Assembly: GCA_951406725.2 (NCBI GenBank)
Contig: OX597820.1
Location: forward strand, 79,050,001 to 79,114,000
Direction: 5' to 3'
From: Octopus vulgaris
Taxonomy: Eukaryota
DNA length: 64,000 nt
Shown: positions 25,611 through 38,140 of the stretch, in pieces
How positions within the stretch are numbered: position 1 is the stretch's first letter
Layout: each line of letters opens with the position of its first letter
Position numbers and translations under genes: made by a program
Notes under the pieces: model-generated
Databases searched by the model: none
Told to the model about the DNA's origin: nothing
The model's input: the letters and a program-made list of their open reading frames with translations, nothing else

Positions 25611-25967
25611 ATATTTTTGTTACCAAAGACATGTAAACAGTCCTACAATTACAGTCTTAGAAAAAGGAAATTGTGCTTATAATTCAATCCAAATGATTAT
25701 ATTTGACATAAGTTAATTTAATTGTGGTCAAGTGAAAAGGTTGTAAAGCATTCTTGTTGACCAGGAGCTAAATATATTTATTAACTCCTCACTTTAACAT
25801 ATCTGGCCAGCAATTTCGTTTCTACTCCTCTCTTTCCCTTGTTTTTTTTTTGTCACTGAACTGCTGTCATGCTGAGGCATTGCGTTGAAGGGTCTGAATC
25901 AAAGAAATTTCCATCCACCCATCCATCCACTCCCACGTGTTTGGATTTTTCCTTTCACACTGTGGTG

Positions 25968-26510
25968 GTGCCACAGACAAAGCACCCATGCCACGAACAA
26001 GCACGGGCCACAAACAAGGCGCCCGTGCCACAAACAAGGCGCCTGTGCCACAAACAAAGCACCTGTACTGGAGCCACAGACAAAGCAGCCGTTCTGGAGC
26101 AACAGACAAAGTGCCCATACTGGAGCCACACACAAAGCGCCCTCTACTGGAGCCACAGACAAATCGCCCGTACTGGAACCACAGACAAAGCGCCCATACT
26201 GGAGCCACAGACAAATTGCCCGTACTGGGGCCACAGACAAATTGCCCGTACTGGGGCCACAGACAAATCGCCCATACTGGAGACACAGACAAATCGCCCG
26301 TACTAGAGCAACAGACAAATCGCCCGTACTGAAGCCACAGACAAAGCACCCATACTGGAGCCACAGACAAAGCACCCGTACTGGAGCCACAGACAAAGCA
26401 CCCATGCTGGTGTCACATATTAAGTACCTGTGCAGGTATCACATAAAGCACCCACATCATGCAGATGTCACGTATAAAGCACTCATGCTGGTGCCTCATA
26501 ACAATCACCC
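25968..26510 (+). repeat. Minisatellite, mostly 26-bp unit GGAGCCACAGACAAA(T/G)CGCCCGTACT, grading into a family C element (to about 26665)
   Basis: More than a dozen tandem units are visible. The first units are 20 bp (GCCACAAACAAGGCGCCCGT). Confidence 0.9.
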
Positions 26511-27684
26511 AATACACTGTACAATGGTTAGCATTAGGAAGGGTATCCAGCTGTAGAAACCATGCCAAAACAGACAATTGGAGCCTGGTGCAGCTCAGCT
26601 AGCCAGCTCTTCTCAAACCATCCAACCCATGTCAGCATGAAAAACAGCCATTACTTGATGGTGATTAAGATTCTCCTTAAATAAGATGCCAGTCCATTGC
26701 AAGATTCAAAGCTAGCAATTTTGAAGCGAGTGGGGAAGTTGATTACATTAAATCCCAGTACTTCACTGGTACTTTATTTTATTGCCCCTGAAGAAATGAA
26801 AGGCAACATTCACCTGAGTGGGATTTGAACTCGGGACATAAGTGCGAGAAGAAATGCCGCAGGGCATCCTGTCTAGTGTGCTGACAATTCAGCCAGAAAT
26901 TAGGCCAGTAGTAAATGATATTCAAGTTGAAGGTAAGATCATATCTTTAAAACTAAAACAAAAGGAGTTGTGAGAGAGGAAGGATAGATAAAATCAAATC
27001 AGGAGAAGCTACACAAAGCACCTGTTTAAACTATAACGAGGGTAGATAGATAGATACAGGTGATAAGTTGACTATTAACAACTAATTCTTTATGAGAAGG
27101 AATAAAAACCTCCAAATGGAATTTATAAGCAAGACACAAAATAAATAAAATATAAAGCTTTATGATTTCATATCTCCAAACAGATTGCAGAAATAGACTA
27201 TTTTCAATATGTCTTTTATAGCTTACAAACTGAAATTAACACATAAAAATACTGAAATAAGTAAACAAAGAAATTTTTAAATATACAAGACACCTCAAGG
27301 AATAAATGAAAAATACAGATAAAACTAGACTGATAAGATATATGCTTCACAACCAAGTTGTAGATCTGGGTTTTAATCCAAATGTACAACAGCACTTTTA
27401 TTGCAGTCTGGAGTAGACGAATGCCTTGTAAGAGAATCATCATCATCATCGTTTAACGTCCGTTTTCCGCGCTAGCACAGGTTGGACGGTTCAACCGGGG
27501 TCTGGGAAGCCAGGGGCAGCTCCAGGCTCCAGTCTGATCTGGCAGAGTTTCTACGGCTGGATGCCCTTCCTAACACCAACCACTCCGCGAGTGTAGTGGG
27601 TGCTTTTTACGTGCCACCTGCACAGGTGCCGGGGGGGGGGGAGTCCATTGTATACATATATATACACACACACATATATATATA

Positions 27685-28251
27685 TGTGAGGGTGAGTCAA
27701 AAAGTAATGCCGTTTTGTATAGGACAGGTATAATTACCAACATAGGAACATGTATCATGCATCAAAATGAAGCTGGTCCTCTGTGGATCACATACCTACT
27801 TCTCAACATAGTCACTGTTTCTCTCAATAGCAATGTTCCACCTTCGAATGAAAGCATGTATCCCCGCCCCATAAAATTCTGTTGACTGTTCTTTGAGCCA
27901 CTTCTTCACTACAGTTTACACTTCCTCGTCACTGGAATAATTTAGCGCCTTCAGACTATCATCTCTTCGGCCCCATGAAAGAGGATTTGAGAGACAAACA
28001 TTCCAATGACAAGGAAGTGAAAACTGTATTGAAGGAGTGGCTCAAAAAAGTCAACAGAAGTTTACTGGGTAGGGATACATGCTCTCATTCAAATGTAGAA
28101 TATTGCTATTGAGAGAAACGATGACTATGTTGAAAAGTAGGGATGTGATCCACAGAGGATCAGCTTCATTTTGATGTATGATACATGTTCCTGTGTTGGT
28201 AATTATACCTGTCCTAAACAAAATGGCATTACTTTTTGACTCACCCTCGTA
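27685..28251. mobile_element. Second mariner fold-back element, inserted in a TA microsatellite
   Basis: Same arms and LAPSDYHLFGPMK core as 12424-12978. Ends CACCCTCGTA. Confidence 0.9.
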
Positions 28252-29120
28252 TATACATATGTGTGTATATGTTTGTGCTTCTTTGTCCTCACATCATGTG
28301 AAAGTTATAAATGAGTCATTGTCATCCATTTCCAATATTCTGCAAAATTTGTCTGGCTCTGGGGAAATATAAAGTTACTTAGAACTAGATGGGTGTTGAC
28401 AACACAAAGCGTATCTGGTTGTAGGAAATCTGCTTCAATAAACTGTCTGACCTATGCAGAGATGGAAAGGATGAAGTTAAAGCAATGATGATAATGATGA
28501 TGATGAAGTGATGGTTGAAGCCGTTTTAACTTTAGAGAAACCAAAGCAGTCAAAATTCTTTAGGAAACTTCAAGTATTTCAGTTCTGTAACTACTTGTTT
28601 TGTTCTTGTTCCCATATTATTCTTCAACTGCCTTACTTGATGGCATAAATGCACAGATACATTAGAAGCAACCCAATTCCAGTTGCACATATTCAGGAAA
28701 ATTTTCAAAGTGTATTAAAGAATATCATATTTAAAGAATCTCACAATACATAAAGTATTACAAAAGTACCATAACAATAGCAGAAAATATTATCATCATC
28801 ATCACCATCATTGTTTAACGTCCGTTTTCCATGCTGCCATGGGTTGGATGGTTTGACTGGGGGTCTGGAAAGCCAGGAGGTTGCACCAGGCACCAGTCTG
28901 ATATGGCAATGTTTCTACAGCTGGATGCCCTTCCTAACGCCAACCACTCCAAGAATGTAGTGGATGCTTTTTATGTGCCACAAGCACAGGGGCCACAGGG
29001 ACTGGCATCGACCACGATGGGATGGTGCTTTTTACGTGTCACTGGCACAGAAAGCCAGTCGGGGCAAAGGGGCTGGCATTGACCACATTAAAGTTTAAGA
29101 TTATTATTATTATGGAGTTA

Positions 29121-29330
29121 AGGCAAGAGCTGGCAGAAACATTAGCACGCCGGGAGAAATGCTTAGCAGTATTTCGTCTTGTCTTTATGTTCTGAGTTCA
29201 AATTCTGCTGAAGTCAACTTTGCCTTTCATCCCTTCTGGGTTGATAAATTAAATACCAGTTATGTACTGGGGTTGATTTTATCGACTGGTCCCCTCCCAA
29301 AATTTGAGACCTTGTGCCTAGAGTAGAAAA
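29121..29330 (+). mobile_element. Family B SINE
   Basis: GGCAAGAGCTGGCAGAAACATTAGCACGCCGGG..GCCTTTCATCCC. Confidence 0.8.
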
Positions 29331-29360
29331 GCTTATGGAGTTAGGGGGAACCATCTAGAT

Positions 29361-30104
29361 CAGTGGTTCTCAACCAGGGTCCACATGACCCTTAGGGATT
29401 CATATAAGAATCTATCTGCAATGAATTGGTTATGTTTCTACAATACAGAAAATATGAAAAATTTTTTATATAATACAGGCACAGCATGGCTATGCATAAG
29501 TGCAGTGTGGCTGTGTGGTAAGAAGCTTGCTTACCAAACAAATTGTTCCCAGTTCAGTTCCACTGTGTGGCACCTTGGGCAAGTGTCTTCTACTATAACC
29601 TCAGGCTGACCAATGCCTTGTGAGTGGAGTTGGCAGATGGAAACTGAAAGAAGCTCATCGTGCGTGCATGTGTGTTTGTGTGCATGCGTGTGATCATGCA
29701 TGTATATGCATGTGTGTGCGTGCATCCGTGTGTGTACATGTGTGCATATGCATGCATGTGCACGTGTGTATGTGTGTATATGTATGTATGTGCGTGTATG
29801 TATGTGTGTCCTCTCTCACCATCGCTTGATAACCAATGTTAGTCTGTTTATATCCCCATAACTTAGCGGTTCAGCAAAAGAGACTGATAGAATAAGTGCT
29901 AGACTTACAAAAAATAAGTCCTGATATCAATTTGTTCAACTAAAGACAGTGCTCCAGCATGGCCGTAGTCGAATGACTGAAATGACTCAATTCCTAGTAA
30001 TATTTAATAAAAACATAGGATTATTTTTAAATGGCTGTGAGGGTGCAGTAGAGCAAAATAGGAATCAAAGGGATCCCTAGGGAAAAAATGGTTGAAAATC
30101 ACTG
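29361..30104. mobile_element. hAT/Charlie-like MITE interrupted by a SINE
   Basis: TIRs CAGTGGTTCTCAACC / GGTTGAAAATCACTG. Flanks ATCTAGAT/GTCTCGAT. The interior is similar to 1438-1694. Confidence 0.7.
29502..29980 (+). mobile_element. Family A SINE with expanded TG/CA tract
   Basis: Family A head and tail with a roughly 150-nt (TGCA/TG)n interior. Confidence 0.8.
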
Positions 30105-31261
30105 GTCTCGATTAAAATTAGCCTATAGTAATGAGCGTCAGGGATACAATTAATTTAATGAAGGCCCAACATGCAAACAGAACCGGGAGTGAATTTTTTT
30201 CAGACAGTTTTAGAAATAAAATACATCTTATACAACATCAAATACAGTAAATATTTATAATATTGACCTAACCTTGCCAACTAAGTAAATAACACACTTT
30301 CCTATTAAGTTGGATTATTTGCTTGATTAGCTGGCTACACTACTTGAATAACGAGGACAGAAGTTGTGCAAAATGGTAGCAGATGATACATAAAACAAAA
30401 GAGATCAACTAAAACTTAGGTTAAGACAAAATCAAACCTTGTAAAGTAGGTCTCACTTCAGATGAGAAACAAACAAACACACACACTATATATATATATA
30501 TATATATATAAATTGTTACGTAATGGAAAAGAAAGTCTGTTTAATATGTTGCTGAATTCCCACAGTATATGGGGTAGTCAACAGATGTCATAAAATACAC
30601 TTTATATTTCAAATTATTGACCTCGATGAAAACATGCTTTTTCATAGCCATTTCATGACAGACACTGTCAAAAGAATTCCAAATCATCAAAGTATCATTG
30701 ATTTTCTTTTTTATTTTTTTATTCTATGTATTTCTTGCAAACATTTGTCCTGTTGATGTAAAACATCTGCTTCCTATGTCCAAACAATATGGAAATACAA
30801 GCTATGAATCAATATTAACCGATGTTGCTTTTTTTTTTTTCTTCGTTTCCTTTTTTATATATTTGTCTTATTCCCCACTTTTTTTTCATAGAAGTCATCA
30901 CAGAAAAATGCATTTGCTTTGCAAACAACATTATCAAGTCATATATTGAAAACTGTGTGTAAAACAAACAAAATTTTTTAACAAAAGACTAAAAGGAACT
31001 TCTTACAAAAATTAAGAGTATTTATGAACCAATTAAATAATATTTTTATGAAGCAATTAACCAGAGACCTTTCTATTGAGACAAAATCAACGTTAAATGA
31101 AACTTATCTGATACTTATCGTGGCACTCTGTCGGTTACAATGACACGGGTTCCAGTTGATCCGATCAACAGAACAGCCTGCTCGTGAGATTAACATGCAA
31201 GTGGCTGAGCACTCCACAGACATGTGTACCCTTAACGTAGTTCTTGGGGAGATTCAGTTTG

Positions 31262-31545
31262 ACAGAACTCAGAACACGAAGACAGACGAAATACCACAAA
31301 GCATTTTGCAAGGCATGCTAACTATTCTATTATAGGCACAGGGCCTGAAGTTTTGGGGGAGGGGAGAGCCAGTCGATTAGATTGACCCCACAAGTGTGCA
31401 ACTGTTACTTAATTTATTGACCTCTGAAAGGATGAAAGGCAAAGTTGACCTCGGGACACAATTTGAACTTAGAATGTGAAGACGGACGAAATACCACAAA
31501 GCATTTTGCATGGCATACTAACAATTCTGCCAGCTCACCACCCTA
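31262..31545 (-). mobile_element. Family B SINE with partial duplication and (TTA)n flank
   Basis: gaagac.gacgaaataccacaaagcattttgca is repeated at about 31278 and 31478. Confidence 0.7.
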
Positions 31546-32584
31546 ACAACAACAATAATAATAATAATAATAATGAAATTACTGTGTGTAGTGCTCAGGT
31601 GCACTACAACTCATCAAAGGTGTAAGTACAGTACATAGAATTATATACAAAAGTCAGGAAAGTGAACAGTGTATGAGTTATGATAGATGTGTGTGCATGC
31701 ATATGGAGGCGGGATATAGGTAACAGCTGCAGTGGTGTGCAAACACTGGAACACTGGGGTTATAAATCTATGCAATGGTTAAAGACAGAGGTGGGGAAAG
31801 ATTTTGGTTTTAAGTCCAAAATAATTCTTCCTACAACAGGTACAAGGTCTGAAATTTAGGGGCAGGGGGATAGTTGATTAGTTCGATTACTCACAAAGCA
31901 TTGGTTGACCTAAGGCTTTGGTAGAAGACATGCCCAAGGGATCATGCAGTTGGACTGAACCCAAAATGACAAGCCTCTTTTGTCTCCTATGTAGCCTGCC
32001 AGAGGACCATGGTTTAAAATGCTGAATCTTCCTTCGTTTCTTCCTATCATCATCATCATTTAACGTCCGTTTTTCCATATTGGCATGCATTGGACAGTCT
32101 GACTGGAGACTGACAAGTCAGAAGGCTGCAACAGGCACCAATCTGATCTGGTAGTTTCTACAGCTGTATGCCCTTCTCAATGCCAACCACTCCAAGAGTG
32201 TAGTGGGTGCTTTTTACATGCCACCTGCACGGAAGCCAGTCAGTCAGCACTGGCATCGGCCACGTTTGGATGGTGCTTTTTACATGCCACCAGCACAGGA
32301 GTCTGTTGCAGGGTGCTCAGCATAAAAATTAACTTGTATACATATCTTCTTTTATAGGTTTTCATTTTCTTTGTTCCTGAAATCTTTTTGGACAATTTCT
32401 TTAAACAATAGATTTAACAACATTGCATAGATGTAGTTATGTAGTTAAGAGGCGTGCTTCCCACGAACTTGTGGTTCCAGATTCAGTCCTACTGCTTGGT
32501 ACTTTGGGCAAAAGTCTTCTACTATAGCCTAAGACCAATCAAATCCTTTGACAGGATTTGGTAGATGGATGCTGTAAGAAGCCC

Positions 32585-32621
<37 letters not shown>

Positions 32622-35600
32622 ACATACATACTCCTATCTTAATGACATATAATGGTTGCAAACAAGCATCAGTGTCAAAGAAGCAATGTCTGGCCATGGA
32701 GGAATAACTTTACCAGCTAGAAAATTCCAGCTGATTCATGCAATCATGGAGAAATAGAATCAAGTGATGATAATGGATACAGCCATGAAGAATGTTAGAA
32801 GCTAATTTAAAACATAATGGTTGACAATTTAAAAACTTTTTCTCATAATTCTTTAGGAATTGTATAAATAATTCAATAGAGAATGACAACTCATTTAAAT
32901 AAGTAAATATCATGAGTTTAATATAAAGATTTTTGATGACTTAGACATCTGAATTTTGGAGTTATTAAGAAATGAATGTCTTGATAGTATCAACATTCTT
33001 CCAAATAAAAATACAAATTCTTCAAAGATGCTTTGATATTTAAAACAGAAAGACTTATTTTGAAGCATTTAAAAAAAAATCCTGCTCTTGCAGTGACACA
33101 TGGGTTTTGACACAAGGGCTTTATGATGGTTGATATAAACATGAACCTTTCGAGGAGACAAAATTACATACCTATTAAGCAAGTCCTTGCAAAAAATTAA
33201 AATTGCATTTCATATAAAAGCAGTCTTCAATTTCCCTTTCAGCATTTTAATATCCACTTTTCTATGCTTGCATGGGTCAGACAGAGTTTATTGAGGCAGA
33301 TTTTCTATAGCCAGATGCCTCAACTGTTTCCAAGTAAGGTGATATTTCTCCACAGCCAGCCATGTTTATGCAGAATATTGGAAATGTGTGAAATTGCTTG
33401 TATAATAGTGACACTCATTTACAAGGAGACACACATACACGCACGCTACTTTTAGTTTCCATTGACTAAATCCATTCACAAGAATTTGATCAGCCAGGGG
33501 CTATACAAATAAAAAAAAACATTTCCCCAAAGCGTAGTATTGTGGGACTGAAACCAAAACCATGTGGTTGGGAAGCAAACTTCTTAAACACACAACCATG
33601 CCTGCACCTTCATATATGGTAACCACTCGAGTGCAGGTTTCTAAATATGTGAACCTTTCAAAACACATCTGATACTCAGATTAGAGATGACCTTCAAAAG
33701 AATTGCATGGTCTTCACTATCAAATGTAACAAAGAGATAAAATGACGAAGGTGTAGAGATAAACTGCAGAACCTGAGACTTAAGAGATGAGATTAATCCA
33801 AAATATTACTTAAATATAACATTCTTCACCAAAATGCAACTGTTTCTATCATCATCATTTAACAACCATGTTCCATGCTGGCAAGAGTTGGATGGTTTCA
33901 GGGCCCAACAGGTCCAAGGACTGCATCCTGCTCCAGTGTCTGCTTTAGTATGATTTCTATGGCCTGATGCACTTCTGAATGCCAATCACTTGACAGCGTG
34001 TACTAGGTGCTTTTTTTCATACCACCAGCACTAATGAGGCTGCCATGCAGCTTGCAAAACTACAGAATCAGAACTGGGGTGGTGGAGTGGTCAGCATTAT
34101 GCCATGAGAAGAGAGGTTGAAGTATGCAAAGGCATAGGTGAGTAGGGCAGAATGAGAAGAGCAGGATGAGAAGGGGCTTTTGACTTTTTATAATACTCAT
34201 GCTGGTGCCATATTAAAATGTACTGGTGCTAGTGCCATGTAAACGGTACCCAGTACACTCTGTAAAGTACATTGTGTTAGGAAGGGTTTCCAGGAATAGA
34301 AACCATGCCAAAACTGAATGGAACTAAGTGCAGCTCTCTGGCTTGCCAGCTCCTGTCAAATTGTCCAACCCATGCCAGCATGGAAAATGGATGTTAAATG
34401 ATGATGGTGATGATGAATATCATTATGCTTGTAATAAAGAATAAGTATTTCATGCTATACTTCACACTTAATCAATTGCTGTTTTTTTGCAGCGGCAGGA
34501 GTAATATTTTTTATGACTTTGTAGGACCAACAAATCTACTGTTGTTTTCAGTATGTTTTCAACCATAACATTGAAGGTAAAATTTTTTTTTCCTCCAAAA
34601 CCACCCGGATATGTAATATAAAACTTGGTTGAAATCAACATTGCTTTTCAGTTTATTGCAAAATATATAACAATACGAAAAATCAACACTTTGGTTTATC
34701 TATGACTTTGCAATTTCATAAGAATGAGTGTATAATCTCTCTCTCTATATATATACACACATAAAAAAAAAACTAATACAATTATATTGTGTAAAAATGT
34801 GTACCACTAGTAAAGATAAATAGGTCGAGTGGATATCATCATCATCGTTTAATGTCTGTTTTCCAGAGGTCTCAGTCTTTCGTCATTGCCTCTGTGAGGC
34901 CCAACATTCGAAGGTCATTGGTCATGAGTTCAATCTGTTGTAGGGGTTTCACAACAATTTATCATACATTTCATCATCATCATCAAACCTTGAATATTTC
35001 CGTGTTGAACCCTAGCTCATAGGACCAGTCACCCAGATATTATGTTGTATAATAGACCAAGATTGCAACATTCACCCTGGACAGGATGCCAGCCCATTGC
35101 AGGGTCACTCATTTACAGTTGAGTGGACTGGAGCAAAATGAAACGAATAGAGTTGTGGAATGGTCAGCATTATGCCATGAGAACCGTTTGACAACTGCTT
35201 TTGGTGTGTTTATGTCATGTAACTTAGTGGTTTGGCAAGAAAGACTGATAGAATAAGTGCAGTGCTTAAAAGAAAGAAAAAAAAAACACTTAGGTTGATT
35301 CATTCGGCTGAAAAAAATTCTTTGAGGTGGTGCTTCAGCATGGCTGCAGTTTAATGACTGAAACAAGTAAGCAATAAAAGATATTTAATCATTCTATTTG
35401 ATCACATCATCTGCTACAGATACTATATATTATACCCTAACATCTTGAAAAACAGGATAATATAAGCCTGAATGCACAAGTGTCGTAGAAAAGGATGAAC
35501 CAGTCAAAACTGTAATGTTATTGATCAGAGTTTTGTGAGATCAGGTTTTACCTGGAACTAAACTACAACAAAGGGAAAAATATGTTAATAATGTAGCAAT

Positions 35601-35883
35601 ATAAATTTTATGTTTAACAATAATTACAGCATGACAGTCTTCAATCATAATAGATCTATTTAATTAGAGATAACCCAAGTTAAATTATAATTTAATAATC
35701 CACCAAACATCAAACTGCTCATTTATATTCTCGGGATATTATGGAAATAATCAAGCCTTAGTTTTTGTGACATGAATAGGTACTCCTTTCTAATTAAATA
35801 ATCAATTAATCTCACTTCCTAATACCATTCAATTTTTGTTTCAGACATTACAGTATATTCAGACAGATACTACAGGACCAGTA

Positions 35884-35957
35884 AACAAGGGTGAAACAAT
35901 ACTTCTGCTGATGATAGCTAGGAATGCAGAAACGTTTCAAGGTTGTCTCCCTTGTTG
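35884..35957 (+). ncRNA. Degenerate hammerhead-like motif
   Basis: CTGATGA at 35908-14, weak stem II, palindromic GAAACGTTTC at 35929-38, and flanking AACAAGGG/CCCTTGTT pairing. Confidence 0.35.
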
Positions 35958-37267
35958 ATTTTACCAAAGAATGTTAGCTAAACCCTGTTTTCTTGGTCAC
36001 CACATTAAATACATTTTTGTTTTGGTTTCGGGTTTTTCCCTTGTCATTGAAAACATAAGGATTAAATAAACCGACCTTTTTATTTACTACCTACGTTGAA
36101 AAGCATTGTTTAAAACAGCCAACAAGCTACCCACCTTGCGGTTAATCAACCTGCTAGAAACAACAGCCAAATCTTCCTCCAGTCACAACTAATGGTGAAA
36201 ATTGGATAATGCGGTCCTTATATGTACTGTGAACTAAAGATGGGATGGTCATGGCTAGAACACGTGTAGTTAGAGGTCTACTTAATGAGGGCAGGCCAAA
36301 ACTATAACCAATATTTTAAACAAATCTAGATTGAACTACCGAGTGAGATTTACACAGGCAGCAATATGCATACAGGTTAGTGTGTACCTAAAGAAAAGGT
36401 CACCATGAGGGCAAGGTCTTTTATTATAGGGACCAAGGTAAAGTTTAAGCATACATACAGAACAAATATCTCTCATTGATAAGAAAAGAAAAAAATGGGC
36501 GGGGTATATTTACATTATGCTGAGTTTTAAGAAGCAACAGAGAAGGCATTTTATCAGTTCAACGGAAGTGAGGGGATTGCAGTACTTGTGACTGTAATTT
36601 AATATTAGGGAACTAGAACACATTGTTGAGGAAATGAGGGGAAAAGTTTCCATAGGTTGGTAAACATTCCTCGTTTCAGGACCAGATAAGAAAACAATAG
36701 TGCCCCACCCCACCCACCCCGATGCAGTCTTGTGAAGGCTAGGTTATCGGGATAAAAAAAAAAGTTAGATAAGGAGACGATCGTGAAAAGTAAAAATAAT
36801 TTATAAGTAAAACAGCGATACAATAATCAGGGACTTGTAGAGTCAAGGAAAAAAAAACAAAAAAACAGTAAAGGTATTGTAGCAAGCCTCGCCTGTCTCA
36901 TACATACATATGAAATATTCTTTCCAATTTTTGGCCCAAGCTCAGTTCGATTATAAATATACTTAACTTATTGACACCCGAAAACGAAAATGTAAAGCAA
37001 AGTCGATCTCAGAAGAATTTGAACTCAGGAACCGTAATGAGTCGGAATGCATACATGAAATATATATATATATATATATACTGGAAATAGGAGCCAATAT
37101 ACCACCAACTCGCCTCTCCCCCGCCCATTCCATTTTCGGGAAAATAAATGCACAGTTATCTGCAGAATGGTCAAATTAATTCAAATGACACCAAAAAACC
37201 TGAAATATTTACTATCAATTTCATTTAGTATTTTCAGCGGTCAGCGTACAAACATTACTTTTTATAA

Positions 37268-37269
<2 letters not shown>

Positions 37270-37316
<47 letters not shown>
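37270..37316. repeat. (AT)n microsatellite just inside intron 2
   Basis: Directly visible, about 35 nt from the exon 2 donor. Confidence 0.95.
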
Positions 37317-37319
<3 letters not shown>

Positions 37320-37348
37320 ATTAATTAATGCAAGGAAATCGAACTCAC

Positions 37349-37425
37349 CTGGATCGTACAACAACCCAGACTTGGCAGATTTGTTGGTTACAGGATGGAC
37401 CCACGAGGTAGTCTCGTGCAAATCA
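37349..37425 (-). CDS. PLEKHA7: PLEKHA5/6/7-family gene, coding exon 2 (second half of WW1 and linker)
   Basis: Acceptor ttttctcttgtttAG, donor CAG|GTGAGT. 77 nt reading T+DLHETTSWVHPVTNKSAKSGLLYDP+G. Phase matches exons 1 and 3. TTSWVHP is the WW C-terminal motif. Confidence 0.92.
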
Positions 37426-38059
37426 CTAAACAAGAGAAAAATTGGAAACATGACATACACGACCCTTACCGAGACACACAAAATAAAACAATACAGAGGT
37501 ACAAACACTTTAATCAAAAATATCCAATAAACAAAAGTTAATTAAACAAGATCGATCAACATTTTCTGATAACGAAACATTTAAATTTTTTTTTTCTTAA
37601 GCATTACAATACTTTTTATATCCAGCTAAAACTTTGTATTTTAGTGAAAATGTTGGAGTTTGTCAATGAATTATTATTATTATTAAACAATATGTGCTGT
37701 TAGCCCAATTATCTCTCATCGGTCAGCTCTAGCCTATAAATGTTCCAGTCGTGACCATTCCATCTTTTATTGGCACAGCATATCTACGACTACATTATTC
37801 AGTGTCCTATCTTTTTCTTATCGTTATTTCCAAGTCAGTGAGGTGAGCGTCAAAGGCGTTAAGACTGCTATTTCTAGCAAGTCGAGAAACATGGTAGAAG
37901 ATAGCTTGATAAATAATTATTGGAAGTGTCTGTGTTAAAAAATCTCGGTGAATGTGAAAAATAGTTGTTTGTATGTATGAGTATGGAGTCGATATAATGT
38001 TTTATAGTCTTCGTTCAACATTCTTAAGGATGTGTAGCTAGGGAAGGGGAGGGGCAATG

Positions 38060-38140
38060 TGCAGGATGCCCATAAATTGTCTTTACAATTTTGAGACTTC
38101 CACATTCCAAATTGTAAAGATAATTTATAGACACCCTGTA
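38060..38140. mobile_element. About 80-bp Tc1/mariner-type mini hairpin element
   Basis: CAGGATGCCCATAAATTGTCTTTACAATTT pairs with AAATTGTAAAGATAATTTATAGACACCCTG, followed by TA. Confidence 0.65.

Noticed and set aside
25867-26556. Long ORFs on both strands and a CRISPR-like periodicity
   Set aside because: A tandem 26-bp minisatellite with no unique spacers and no cas genes. The ORFs arise from a stop-free repeat unit.
37221-37517. 98-aa ORF as a single-exon gene
   Set aside because: Only 37349-37425 is exon-like; the rest is intron and (AT)n.
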